Shown: in pieces, positions 36,757 through 46,119 of the stretch
How positions within the stretch are numbered: the stretch's first letter is position 1
Layout of the letters: each line of letters starts with the position of its first letter
Assembly (NCBI GenBank): GCA_009694295.1
Contig: SHVJ01000002.1
Location: forward strand, 1-59,076
Length of the DNA: 59,076 nt
From: Acidimicrobiia bacterium
GTDB lineage: Bacteria; Actinomycetota; Acidimicrobiia; IMCC26256; PALSA-555
Reading direction: 5' to 3'
Program-made: the position numbers and the translations under genes
Notes under the pieces: model-generated
The model's input: the letters and a program-made list of their open reading frames with translations, nothing else
What the model was told of the DNA's origin: nothing
Database searches by the model: none

Positions 36757-38004
36757 TCACGTCTTCCAGCGCACGGGCATGCGCTTGAGGCCATGGTTGA
36801 AGTTGGAGTGCAGGCGGTCGACAGGGCCGGCGAGCTCGGGCAGTGGCATGCGATCGAGCAGGTGGTCGAACATCACGCGGAGCTCGAGCCGGGCGAGGTT
36901 CGCGCCAAGGCAGAAGTGCGGCCCGCCGCCGCCGAACGTGACGTGCTCGTTCGGTGTGCGCCCCACGTCGAACGCGAGCGGATCGGGGAACACGTCCTCG
37001 TCAAAGTTAGCCGACGCGTACCAGATGACGACCTTCTCGCCGTCCTTCACAGGTTGCCCGCCGATCTCCTGGTCGCCCATCACGGTGCGCCGGAAGTTCA
37101 TGATCGGTGAGGAGTAACGCAGAATCTCGTCGACTGCGGTCGGGAGCAGCGACCGATCGTCTCGCAAGCGCTCCCACTGCTCGGGATGAGCGATGAACGC
37201 GAGCATTCCCTGGGCGATGGCGGTGCGCGTCGTCTCGTTGCCCGCGACGTTGAGCAACAAGAAGAACATGTCGTACTCGAGCTCGGTCAGCTGCTCGCCG
37301 TCGACCTCCGCCTGAAGCAGCACGTCCGCGATGTCGGTCGGCGACGCACCCGCGTCGAGCGCGGCCCGCTTCGCCTTGCCCAAACGGTTGGCGATCTCGT
37401 ACATCTCGAAGCCGGCTTGGACTGCCGAGTTCTCGCCAGTGCCGAGCTCGGGATCGTCGAAGCCGATCAATCGGTTGCTGAGGTCGAGCACCTTCGGGCG
37501 ATCCTCCTCGCCGACCCCCATCATCTGCGAGATGACCTGGATCGGGAGCTCGGCCGCGATGTCCTCCACGAAGTCGGCCTCGCCGCGGTCGAGCACACGA
37601 TCGATCGTGTGCTGCGTGATCTCGACCATGAAGTCTTCGAGGCGCCCGATCATGCGCGGGGTGAATCCACGGTTCACCAGGAGTCGGAAGCGAGTGTGTT
37701 GGGGCGGATCCATGTGTACGAGCATCCGGTTGCCGACGGAGCCCTCAGGACCGAGCGCGTCGAAGATCATGTTCCCGGCCCGTGCGCTCGACATCGCGTG
37801 CGCGTCTCGGTTCACGTCCACCACGTCGGCGTGGCGCGTCACGCTCCAGAACCCCGCGCCCTTGCCCGGTCCGTCGGGCCGTTCGGGGTGCCACACCACC
37901 GGTGCTGCTCGCCGCAGCCGGGCAAACACGTCGTGGGGGATCCCGTCGGCGAACGTGTGCGGGTCGGTGAGGTCCACGTCGAGCGGCAGGCTCGTCTTCG
38001 TCAT
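36757..38004 (-). CDS. cytochrome P450, CYP124-like
   Basis: FFLLLNVAGNETTR (I-helix) ... EILRYSSP (ExxR) ... FGGGGPHFCLGANLARLE (haem Cys loop). The overall pattern resembles mycobacterial CYP124. Confidence 0.92.
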   Translation of the reverse strand: MTKTSLPLDVDLTDPHTFADGIPHDVFARLRRAAPVVWHPERPDGPGKGAGFWSVTRHADVVDVNRDAHAMSSARAGNMIFDALGPEGSVGNRMLVHMDPPQHTRFRLLVNRGFTPRMIGRLEDFMVEITQHTIDRVLDRGEADFVEDIAAELPIQVISQMMGVGEEDRPKVLDLSNRLIGFDDPELGTGENSAVQAGFEMYEIANRLGKAKRAALDAGASPTDIADVLLQAEVDGEQLTELEYDMFFLLLNVAGNETTRTAIAQGMLAFIAHPEQWERLRDDRSLLPTAVDEILRYSSPIMNFRRTVMGDQEIGGQPVKDGEKVVIWYASANFDEDVFPDPLAFDVGRTPNEHVTFGGGGPHFCLGANLARLELRVMFDHLLDRMPLPELAGPVDRLHSNFNHGLKRMPVRWKT

Positions 38005-38013
38005 GGCGAGAGT

Positions 38014-38904
38014 ATGTTCGATCCCGTGCGCATGGGCCTCTTTCTGCCGAGTGTGAGCCCGATCGCGACCCCGGAGTTCCTGGCTGTCTATGGCGCCGCG
38101 GCGGAGGATGCCGGCTTCGACTCGCTGTGGATCGGTGAGCACGTGGTCTTCTTCGACGAGTACTCGTCGAAGTACCCGTACTCCGACGACGGGCGGCTCG
38201 GGATCCCCGCCGACTCCGGCATGCTCGAGCTGTTCAGCACGCTCGCGTTCCTCGCGTCGGCCACCGAGCGCATCCGTCTCGGCACTGCGGTATGCCTCGT
38301 TCCGCAACGGAACCCCGTGTACACCGCGAAGTCGGTGTCGACGATCGACTGGCTCTCCGGTGGCCGCCTCGATTTCGGCGTCGGCATCGGTTGGTTGCGC
38401 GAGGAGTTCGCCGCGCTCAACGAACCGTTCGAGAAGCGCGCGCAGCGCACCCGTGAGTACCTCGGCGTCATGCGCACGCTCTGGCGCGACGAGGTGTCGA
38501 CCTACGACGGCGAGCTCTACACGCTCCCGTCGTGTCGGATGTTCCCGAAGCCACTGCAAGCCGGCGGCCCGCCCATCTACTTCGGGGGCGAGACCGACCC
38601 TGCACTCCGGCGCGTCGCCGAGCTCGGCGACGGGTGGCACGGCTTCAACCATCTCCCCGACACCGCCGCCACTTCCGTGCAGCGTCTCAGCGGGTTCCTC
38701 TCGGAGCACGGGCGCTCGCTGAGCGACATCGACGTGACCGTCTGCCCGTACCTCAAGCCGGTAGACCCATCGCACCTGAGCGCATACCGCGACGCGGGTG
38801 TCGATCAACTCGTGCTGACGGCGTTCGCGTTCGACCCAGACGGTGCCCGCACGACGCTGGCCGAGCTCGGCGACGCGTACGTGGGCGCGGCTTCTTCTCT
38901 CTAG
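38014..38904 (+). CDS. LLM-class F420-dependent oxidoreductase (luciferase-like monooxygenase family)
   Basis: GFDSLWIGEHVVF ... RIRLGTAVCLVPQRNPV ... LSGGRLDFGVGIGW ... PPIYFGGE. The start could be ATG 38014, GTG 38026 or ATG 38032. Confidence 0.88.
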   Translation: MFDPVRMGLFLPSVSPIATPEFLAVYGAAAEDAGFDSLWIGEHVVFFDEYSSKYPYSDDGRLGIPADSGMLELFSTLAFLASATERIRLGTAVCLVPQRNPVYTAKSVSTIDWLSGGRLDFGVGIGWLREEFAALNEPFEKRAQRTREYLGVMRTLWRDEVSTYDGELYTLPSCRMFPKPLQAGGPPIYFGGETDPALRRVAELGDGWHGFNHLPDTAATSVQRLSGFLSEHGRSLSDIDVTVCPYLKPVDPSHLSAYRDAGVDQLVLTAFAFDPDGARTTLAELGDAYVGAASSL

Positions 38905-38914
38905 GCGCCGCGCT

Positions 38915-39946
38915 CTAGACCGCGTCTCCCAGGGCGTCCACTCCCTGGGGCGTGCCCTCGGCCGCCACCAGACCGTTGTAGAGCCCGATCACGTCGACGC
39001 GCGCCAGCTTCGACCGCCTGGGTACCGAAGCCAGCACGATCGCGGTTCGGTCGAAGATCACCCCGCCGTACACACCGGGCACGACCAGACCGGTCAGCGT
39101 CTCGCGCGAGTCGTCTTGCTCGTACACACCGCTCACCGGGTCGAGGGTGGCCCGGTAGTTGATGACGAAGAAGCAGAGCGCAGCCTGGTCGGCCGATGCG
39201 AAGCACAGTGGCTGCGTCTCCGTGGAACGGAACTGGAAGTCGACGTTCGACTCGTTGATCGGGAGCTGCTCGAGCTCGCCGAGGAAGACGGCCGCAGCAT
39301 CGGTGGTCAGCAGACCGGGTTCGAACGGCTTGGCGATCGGCACGCCGTCGGCGGAGTTCTGCCAGAGCTTCGCGAGCTTGGGCGACAGCTTGGTGGGATT
39401 GACTTGCAGCCTGGAGGCGCCCTTGCCCTTCACGATCGTGGCCAGGCCATCTTGATCGGTGGCGACGTCGGGCACGCTGACGTCGGGCAGCAACGACGCC
39501 GCGTGCGTCACCTTCCACGGCGCATCGGAGCTGGCCTTCGCGAACACGAGAAACTGCTCGTTCACGTTGCCGGTGTCGGACGACGTGAAGCGCTCGAATG
39601 CGAGGAACGTGAGCGGATAGCTCGACTGGTCAGGAACGAACACGCTGATGTTGTCGATGTCGGCCGACGAACCAAGGCTCGTGTCACCCCGACCGAACGC
39701 CTCGTGGAATGCAACATCGTCGATGGTCTTGATCGGCGCACCCTCGATCGCCGCCTGCCCTTCGATGTCGAGGTGAGCGTTGTTGACATCGTTCGCCGAG
39801 TTGTACTCGTCGACGACCCGCTCGGCCGCGGATTGCGTGGGCGGTAGCACCAGCTCACCCGCAGGCGCCGGTGTAGCCGTCACGAGGAAGCTGGCGCTCA
39901 TCACACCGGCGACCGCCAGGAAAGCAGCACGGCGGCGGATGCGCAT
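38915..39946 (-). CDS. secreted hypothetical protein
   Basis: The signal peptide is MRIRRRAAFLAVAGVMSASFLVTATPAPA. No recognised domain. Confidence 0.6.
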   Translation of the reverse strand: MRIRRRAAFLAVAGVMSASFLVTATPAPAGELVLPPTQSAAERVVDEYNSANDVNNAHLDIEGQAAIEGAPIKTIDDVAFHEAFGRGDTSLGSSADIDNISVFVPDQSSYPLTFLAFERFTSSDTGNVNEQFLVFAKASSDAPWKVTHAASLLPDVSVPDVATDQDGLATIVKGKGASRLQVNPTKLSPKLAKLWQNSADGVPIAKPFEPGLLTTDAAAVFLGELEQLPINESNVDFQFRSTETQPLCFASADQAALCFFVINYRATLDPVSGVYEQDDSRETLTGLVVPGVYGGVIFDRTAIVLASVPRRSKLARVDVIGLYNGLVAAEGTPQGVDALGDAV

Positions 39947-40039
39947 GGCCCCATCGTATGGGAGCACGTGCGCGCGGCCCGCGCGGCCCGCTTGGCACCT
40001 CGTACGATGTCGTCACTTGTCGATCGGAGGGGACGCACC

Positions 40040-40360
40040 ATGACTGAGCGCACGTTCGGCGATGTGGCCACGAAGATGCTCTTCGAGAACGATCGCGTGA
40101 AGGTGTGGGAGCTCGCGCTCGAAGCAGGCGAGGAATCAGATCTGCACGAGCACCACCACGACTACCTCCTCATCCAGCTCGAGGGCGACAAGATCGCCGG
40201 CATCTTCGAAGCGGACACCCACGGCGAGTACCCGCCCGGCACTGTCGAGGGCGACGTGACGTACGGCAACGTCTTCTATACGAAGAAGGGCGGCGTGGAG
40301 ACGGCGAAGAACACCGGCAAGAAGCCGTACCGCGAGATCCTCGTCGAGATCAAGGACTGA
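40040..40360 (+). CDS. small cupin-domain protein
   Basis: GGAGGGGA lies upstream of the ATG. The sequence VKVWELALEAGEESDLHEHHHDYLLIQLEG ... is a single cupin barrel of 106 aa. Confidence 0.75.
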   Translation: MTERTFGDVATKMLFENDRVKVWELALEAGEESDLHEHHHDYLLIQLEGDKIAGIFEADTHGEYPPGTVEGDVTYGNVFYTKKGGVETAKNTGKKPYREILVEIKD

Positions 40361-41505
40361 CGCTGGCCCAGCCCGCGCGTGGCCCACTCGCCGGGCTGCG
40401 CGTTCTCGAAGTCGCCACCTTCTACGCCGCCCCGCAGATCGGGGCGATGCTCGCCGATCTCGGCGCCGACGTCGTGAAGGTGGAGCCGCCGACCGGCGAC
40501 CCGATGCGCCAGATGGGGATGCAGCGCGACGGCGTGTCGCGCAACTGGACGTGGGTCGGTCGGCGCAAGCGCTCGATCGTGCTCGATCTCGCGACCGACA
40601 CCGACCAGGCCACGTTCCACCAGCTCGTCGGTTCGGCCGACGTGCTGATCGAGAACCTCGACGCCAAGACCCGCGACCGGTGGCATCTCGGGTACGACGA
40701 GCTCGCCGCGGTGAACCCGCGCATCGTCGTGGTCAGCGTGAGCTGTTACGGACTCACCGGCCCGTACGCCGACCGCGCGGGTGCTGGCACGCTCGCGGAG
40801 GCGTTCGGCGGGCTCGCACACATGACTGGCCAGCCCGACGGCCCGCCCGTACTGGCGTCGGTGGCGCTCGGCGACACGCTCACCGCGTTCGGCGGTGTGG
40901 TGGGCACGCTCGCAGCATGCTGGGGTCGCGACGCGTCGCCCGAAAGCGACGGCCGTGGCCGTCTCGTCGACGTCACGATGTACGACCCGATCCTCCATGT
41001 GATGGGCGCGACGTTCGCCACCTACGAACCCGGGACCGAGCCACCGCGCCGGTCAGGCAGTCGGGTACACGGCGGCGCGCCTCGCAACGTGTACCGGACG
41101 CGCGACGACCGCTGGGTCGCGGTCTCGGGCACGACCGACGGGCAGTCCTCACGAGTGTTCGCGCTCATCGGCCACGACTCCCCCGCCGAACTCGAGCGCT
41201 ACCGCACGTCGACCGCGCGCCTGACCGTGGCCGATGAGATCGACGCGCTCGTCGCCGAATGGATCGGCGCTCACGACCGCGACGACGTGCTCGCCGCGTT
41301 CATCGACGCACGCATCCCGGTTGCGCCCGTCAACGACGTGAGCGACCTCTTGGCCGATCCGCACCTCGCCGCGCGCGGCGATCTCGAACGTCTCCACAGC
41401 GGCACGGCCCCCGCCCTCGACGAACACCGCGCCGAGGTTCTGCACGACTGGCTCGGACCCGGCTCGGAACACGCCAAGACCCGAGCAGGTGACGCTCCGT
41501 TGTAA
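40357..41505 (+). CDS. family III CoA-transferase (CaiB/BaiF)
   Basis: LAGLRVLEVATFYAAPQIGAMLADLGADVVKVEPPTGDP ... GTLAEAFGGLAHMTG ... I found no ATG, GTG or TTG between the cupin stop and the conserved N-terminus, so the start is drawn at a CTG and is uncertain. Confidence 0.75.
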   Translation: MTLAQPARGPLAGLRVLEVATFYAAPQIGAMLADLGADVVKVEPPTGDPMRQMGMQRDGVSRNWTWVGRRKRSIVLDLATDTDQATFHQLVGSADVLIENLDAKTRDRWHLGYDELAAVNPRIVVVSVSCYGLTGPYADRAGAGTLAEAFGGLAHMTGQPDGPPVLASVALGDTLTAFGGVVGTLAACWGRDASPESDGRGRLVDVTMYDPILHVMGATFATYEPGTEPPRRSGSRVHGGAPRNVYRTRDDRWVAVSGTTDGQSSRVFALIGHDSPAELERYRTSTARLTVADEIDALVAEWIGAHDRDDVLAAFIDARIPVAPVNDVSDLLADPHLAARGDLERLHSGTAPALDEHRAEVLHDWLGPGSEHAKTRAGDAPL

Positions 41506-41542
41506 ATACGACAACGCAGCGGCACTTGCTCGGATGGGCGGG

Positions 41543-43813
41543 TCAGTCGTAGAGGATTTGGAAGCCGGGGGCGACACGCGTCTCGCGGCCGGCGGCGTCG
41601 ATGGTCACGATCTCGTCGACGGCTGAGGTCCCGGCGGGCAGGGCCACTACCCAGACCGAGCCGTCGAAGCCGGGCTCGACGGTGGGCTGGGTGTCGTACG
41701 ACACTCCATCGGCCACGACCCGCACGATCGCGGGATCGCCCTTCACCGTCCCGAACAGGATCGGCGCCGACGTTGCATCCGAACGGTACGGGTAGAGGTC
41801 GCTCTCTCGTGCGCCGGGCGCCTGCGTCCAACGACCAGTTGCGGTTCGGCCCCACTGATAATCGAGCGTGGGCGCGAGCTCGCCGAGGACCGGACACCAG
41901 CCGATGTCGCTCGTCTCCTTGTCGCCTTGCACCGATGCCTCCAGGCACGTGCGCCCCGTATTGCTCTCCACCGCGCCGACGGTCCAGGGACTGTCGCCTT
42001 CGCGATCGAACACGACGGGGGCGAACGAGGCGATGGGTTCCAACTGATCGACGTGGCGTGACCGCGTCGTACTGGGGTCGATGTCGACGTTTACCGCGCC
42101 GAATCCGAGCAGCACCACGCTCAACAACGCGAGTGCACCAGGAGCGATCCTTCGGTCCACGCGCCTGAGCGCCTCGAGGTGAGGGATGAGCAAGGCGAGC
42201 AGGATGGCTACGAGTGGCATGAAGTAGGCCGAGATCCCGAGACGTGCCGCAGCCGAGAAGCGCAACATGCCCATGTACACGAGCAGGGCGGGCACGGCGC
42301 ACAACGCGACGAGGACGGTCGACCCGAGTCGGTCGAGCGAGCCGCGAGCAACGAGGAGCCAGATCAGCATTCCCACGAGGCTGCCGAAAGCCGGGACCAC
42401 CAGGAGGTAACTGATGGGTTGGGCGAAGGCCGTGGTCACCAGCGCCAGCACGGCGATCATCCCCACTCCGCTTACCGCGAGCTCGACGGTCGTCAACCAC
42501 CGGCGAGCGAAGCCGAACACCACCACCGAGACCGCGCCCGCCGCGGCAGCGAAGGCCCACCAATACGCGGTGGCGTCGGGGAGATCCTCATACTGCGGCC
42601 CGACGCTCTGGAAGTATTCACCGGCGCCGGGGTGCAGCAGACGGACGAGGTTGAGCAGCACTGTCACGAGCACTGCGCCGGCGACCGCGGCACCCACCAC
42701 TGTCAACACGCCATACCCCAACGCACTCCAACGCGCGCCTCGACGCCGCGCAACCTGCACCACCGCGATGAGCAACGCGAGCACGGCGCCACCGAGAAGC
42801 CACGCGAACCACGACGGGTATACCAGCAACAGGTTCGAAGTCAGTGATACCCACACCCCGTCGGCTGGCGCCGGGAACTCGTCGGCGCGCGTGTTCCCGA
42901 ACAAGCGCGCGAGCGCGAGCGCTGCGTCGCCATTGTGCTGGAGCGTCGCACCACTCACGGCTGCCGGCGTGTCACCGGGGGCGTGGTAGTAGATCGAATC
43001 GCCGATGTGGACGCCGTTCGCGCCGGGGATGCCGAGCGTCAACCACACCCTCATGTCGGTGGAGTGGGTGTGGACCTGACCCTGGGCCTCGTTGATCAAC
43101 GAGTTCGTGAAGAAGCGCGGCACCACGTCCGCGACCCGACGAAGCAGCTCCGGGCTCACCTCGCCCCACTCCCCCAGGATCAACGGACCGGTCTCGCCGC
43201 GGGCATCGAGGTTCACTACTGAGATCACGTCATCCACCCACTTATGACGCGCCGCGAACGCCTCGGCACCGGTAAGGCCGCTTTCCTCAGCCCCGTTGAG
43301 CAGCACGATCACGTCGTTGCACAGCTGCTTGCTCTCCGTGAGTGCGCGGGCCGTCTCGAGCAATGCAGCAGTGGCGATGCCAGCATCGCCAGCGCCCGGA
43401 CCGGTCGGCACGCTGTCGTAGTGCGTGTTCAACAACACGGCGTCGTCGGTGTCGCAGCTTCCCTCGATCCGACCAAGGACGTTCGAGAGCGTCGCGACGT
43501 CGTCCATCGTGGTCACCTGGAGCTGCACCTCGAAGCCGAGGTCGGTCAGGGTGTCGACGAGGTACTCCCGCACGTCGGCGTACTCGAACGAGCCCGGCGG
43601 GTGGGTGGCCCGTGCGATCTTCTCGAGGTGCACGCGCGCCCGGGCTTCGGAGAACTCGTTGAGCGGCGCGTTCCTCCCCAACGGAGTCGGCCCGCGAAAG
43701 TCGAGCACCACGAACGCCGACACTGCGACGATGACCAGCCACGTCACCAGCGCCCACACCCACACGGGGCGCGTACCCGTCGACCGATCGGTTACGTCCG
43801 GAGAACCAGCCAC
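41543..43813 (-). CDS. polytopic membrane M28-family metallopeptidase with extra C-terminal extracytoplasmic domain
   Basis: LLNTHYDSVPTGPGAGDAGIATAALLE ... VLLNGAEESGLTGA ... NLDARG are M28 zinc ligand blocks. They are followed by about 8 TM helices and a 200-aa tail. GTG at 43813 (TTG at 43819 is an alternative), just after the MMPL stop. Confidence 0.8.
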   Translation of the reverse strand: MAGSPDVTDRSTGTRPVWVWALVTWLVIVAVSAFVVLDFRGPTPLGRNAPLNEFSEARARVHLEKIARATHPPGSFEYADVREYLVDTLTDLGFEVQLQVTTMDDVATLSNVLGRIEGSCDTDDAVLLNTHYDSVPTGPGAGDAGIATAALLETARALTESKQLCNDVIVLLNGAEESGLTGAEAFAARHKWVDDVISVVNLDARGETGPLILGEWGEVSPELLRRVADVVPRFFTNSLINEAQGQVHTHSTDMRVWLTLGIPGANGVHIGDSIYYHAPGDTPAAVSGATLQHNGDAALALARLFGNTRADEFPAPADGVWVSLTSNLLLVYPSWFAWLLGGAVLALLIAVVQVARRRGARWSALGYGVLTVVGAAVAGAVLVTVLLNLVRLLHPGAGEYFQSVGPQYEDLPDATAYWWAFAAAAGAVSVVVFGFARRWLTTVELAVSGVGMIAVLALVTTAFAQPISYLLVVPAFGSLVGMLIWLLVARGSLDRLGSTVLVALCAVPALLVYMGMLRFSAAARLGISAYFMPLVAILLALLIPHLEALRRVDRRIAPGALALLSVVLLGFGAVNVDIDPSTTRSRHVDQLEPIASFAPVVFDREGDSPWTVGAVESNTGRTCLEASVQGDKETSDIGWCPVLGELAPTLDYQWGRTATGRWTQAPGARESDLYPYRSDATSAPILFGTVKGDPAIVRVVADGVSYDTQPTVEPGFDGSVWVVALPAGTSAVDEIVTIDAAGRETRVAPGFQILYD

Positions 43814-43839
43814 GCCCAAGGATGCCAGTTGCGCGCCGC

Positions 43840-46011
43840 CTAGTGCTGGGCGTCCCGAGCCTGTGTCGCGAGGAGCACGGCCTCGAGGTCGGGCTCCGCC
43901 CTCACGTGCAGGCGCGGGATCCACTCGAGCCAGCGCGGGAACCACCAGTTGGCCTTCCCGAGCAGCTCCATCGTCGCCGGAACGAGCACGATGCGCACGA
44001 CGGTCGCGTCGATGAAGATCGCGGTGGCCAGTCCGATTCCGAACAACTTGATCACGCGTACGTCGCCGAGCACGAAGCTCGCGAACACCATCACCATGAT
44101 GGCTGCGGCCGCGGTGATCACCCGGGCCGTCGCGGCGAGCCCGTCGGCAACGGCGAGCGCGTTGTCGCCCGTACGGTCGTACTCCTCCCGGATGCGCGAC
44201 AGGAGGAACACCTCATAGTCCATCGAAAGCCCGAACACGATGGCGAAGAGCATCATCGGCACGAACGGCTCGATCGGTCCCGTGCCGTGCGTGCCGAGCG
44301 CACCTGCGAACCACCCCCAGTTGAAGATGGCAACCACCACGCCGTACGCCGCGCCAATCGAGAGCAGGTTCATCACGACGGCCTTGATCGGCACGAGCAA
44401 CGAGCGAAACACCGCGAGGAGCAACAGGAAGCTGAAGCCGAGCACGCCACCAATGAAGATGGGAAGGCGGGCCGACAGTGTCTTGGTCACGTCGACGCCA
44501 CCCGCCGTGATGCCGCCGATGTCGACGCGCGCGCTCGTGCCCACCAGCGCGGCAGGAACCACGTCGGCGCGCAGACGGTCGATGAGCTCCTGGGTCTTCT
44601 CGCTCTGCGGAGAGGTCTTGGGGATCACCTGGATGACCGCGACCTTCTGATCCTCACTCGGGATGGCCGGACCCACCCGTTCCACGCCGGGCACGTCGCC
44701 CAGCCGCTCCACCAGCGCAGCGAGCGACTCCGGACCGTCGGGCGTGCGCGCCGCGAGGATCAGTGGTCCGTTGAAGCCCGGCCCGAACCCGTCGGACAGC
44801 GTGTCGTAGGCGCGGCGGGTGGTGTCGGTCACCGGATTGTTGCCGGTGTCGGAGAAGCCCATGCGCAAGGAGAAGAACGGGATCGCCAGGATCACGAGCA
44901 CGGCGAGTCCGGCGAGCGCGGCGGTCCAGGGCCGCCGTTGCACGAAGCGACTCCACCGGAACCAGCCGCTTTGGCGCGTGACGTTCTCGCGGCGATGCAG
45001 CCCGGGGATGCGCAGCTTGTCGATGTTGTGACCGACGAAGCCAAGCAGCGCCGGCACGAACGTGATCGACGCCGCCATCGTGACCAGCACGGTCGATGCG
45101 GCACCAGCACCGAGCCCACTGATGAAGTCGACGCCCATGAGGAACATGCCGCTGAGCGAGATGACCACGGTCATACCGGCGAAGATCACCGCGCGGCCCG
45201 CAGTGTCGATGGCGAGCACGACGGCACGCTCCGGGCCGAGCCCTTCGTGCAGGCCTTGCCGGTAACGCGTGACGATGAACAGCGCGTAGTCGATTCCCAC
45301 GCCGAGTCCGATCATCGCGGCGAGCTGGGTGGTGAACTCCGGCATTGTCATGAGGTTCGACAGGAGCGCGACGACCGCGAACCCACACCCGATCCCGAAG
45401 ATCGCCGTGAGCATCGGGAGCCCCATGGCGAGCAACGAACCGAATGCGATGAGCAGGATGACCATTGCCGCGAAAAGCCCGATGGTCTCGGACGCGCCAC
45501 CGAACTGGTCGATCACGAACATGCGGCCGCCAACCTCGAAGATGGCGCCATCCACCTTCTTGCCCGCATCCGCGACGGCGATGATTCGCTCGGCCACATT
45601 CGCGCGGATCTCGGTGGCGCGATCGGAGAACTGGATCTCGGCGTACGCGACTGTTCGTTTCAGCCCTACTTGGAACATCCCCGCGGGTTCATAGGGGCTT
45701 GTGCTCCCCGTGACCTGATCGACCCGCTCGATGCGCGCGAGCACACGTTCCACGCGCGCCTGAACCTCGGGCTGGTCGATGCCGCCGGGGGCTCGGATCA
45801 CAAGCTGGCCGGTATCGCCGGCTCGGTCGGGAAACGCGACGGTGAGCAAGTCCTGTGCCCGCGCCGACTCGGTCCCCTGGAGCGCGAAGCCCTCCCGGTA
45901 GTCGTCGCCGACCTTGCCCGAGATCACCGTGAGCCCGACCAGCAACGCCACCCAAGCTACGACCGTCGCCCGCCGATGACGGAAGCAGAAGGAGGCGACC
46001 CGCCGAAGCAT
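43840..46011 (-). CDS. MMPL-family RND transporter
   Basis: It has two 6-TM bundles with two periplasmic loops. GIDYALFIVTRYR and GLSMDYEVFLLSRIREEY are duplicated MMPL motifs. Confidence 0.9.
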   Translation of the reverse strand: MLRRVASFCFRHRRATVVAWVALLVGLTVISGKVGDDYREGFALQGTESARAQDLLTVAFPDRAGDTGQLVIRAPGGIDQPEVQARVERVLARIERVDQVTGSTSPYEPAGMFQVGLKRTVAYAEIQFSDRATEIRANVAERIIAVADAGKKVDGAIFEVGGRMFVIDQFGGASETIGLFAAMVILLIAFGSLLAMGLPMLTAIFGIGCGFAVVALLSNLMTMPEFTTQLAAMIGLGVGIDYALFIVTRYRQGLHEGLGPERAVVLAIDTAGRAVIFAGMTVVISLSGMFLMGVDFISGLGAGAASTVLVTMAASITFVPALLGFVGHNIDKLRIPGLHRRENVTRQSGWFRWSRFVQRRPWTAALAGLAVLVILAIPFFSLRMGFSDTGNNPVTDTTRRAYDTLSDGFGPGFNGPLILAARTPDGPESLAALVERLGDVPGVERVGPAIPSEDQKVAVIQVIPKTSPQSEKTQELIDRLRADVVPAALVGTSARVDIGGITAGGVDVTKTLSARLPIFIGGVLGFSFLLLLAVFRSLLVPIKAVVMNLLSIGAAYGVVVAIFNWGWFAGALGTHGTGPIEPFVPMMLFAIVFGLSMDYEVFLLSRIREEYDRTGDNALAVADGLAATARVITAAAAIMVMVFASFVLGDVRVIKLFGIGLATAIFIDATVVRIVLVPATMELLGKANWWFPRWLEWIPRLHVRAEPDLEAVLLATQARDAQH

Positions 46012-46119
46012 GCCGCGTGTCTATCGTGCGCAGCCGACCGGGCACGAAGGGACGGTGCCGAGCGCCACGGCGATCGACGGCCGGGTGGTTCGCAACCAGG
46101 CCGCGTGACTGAACGACCC

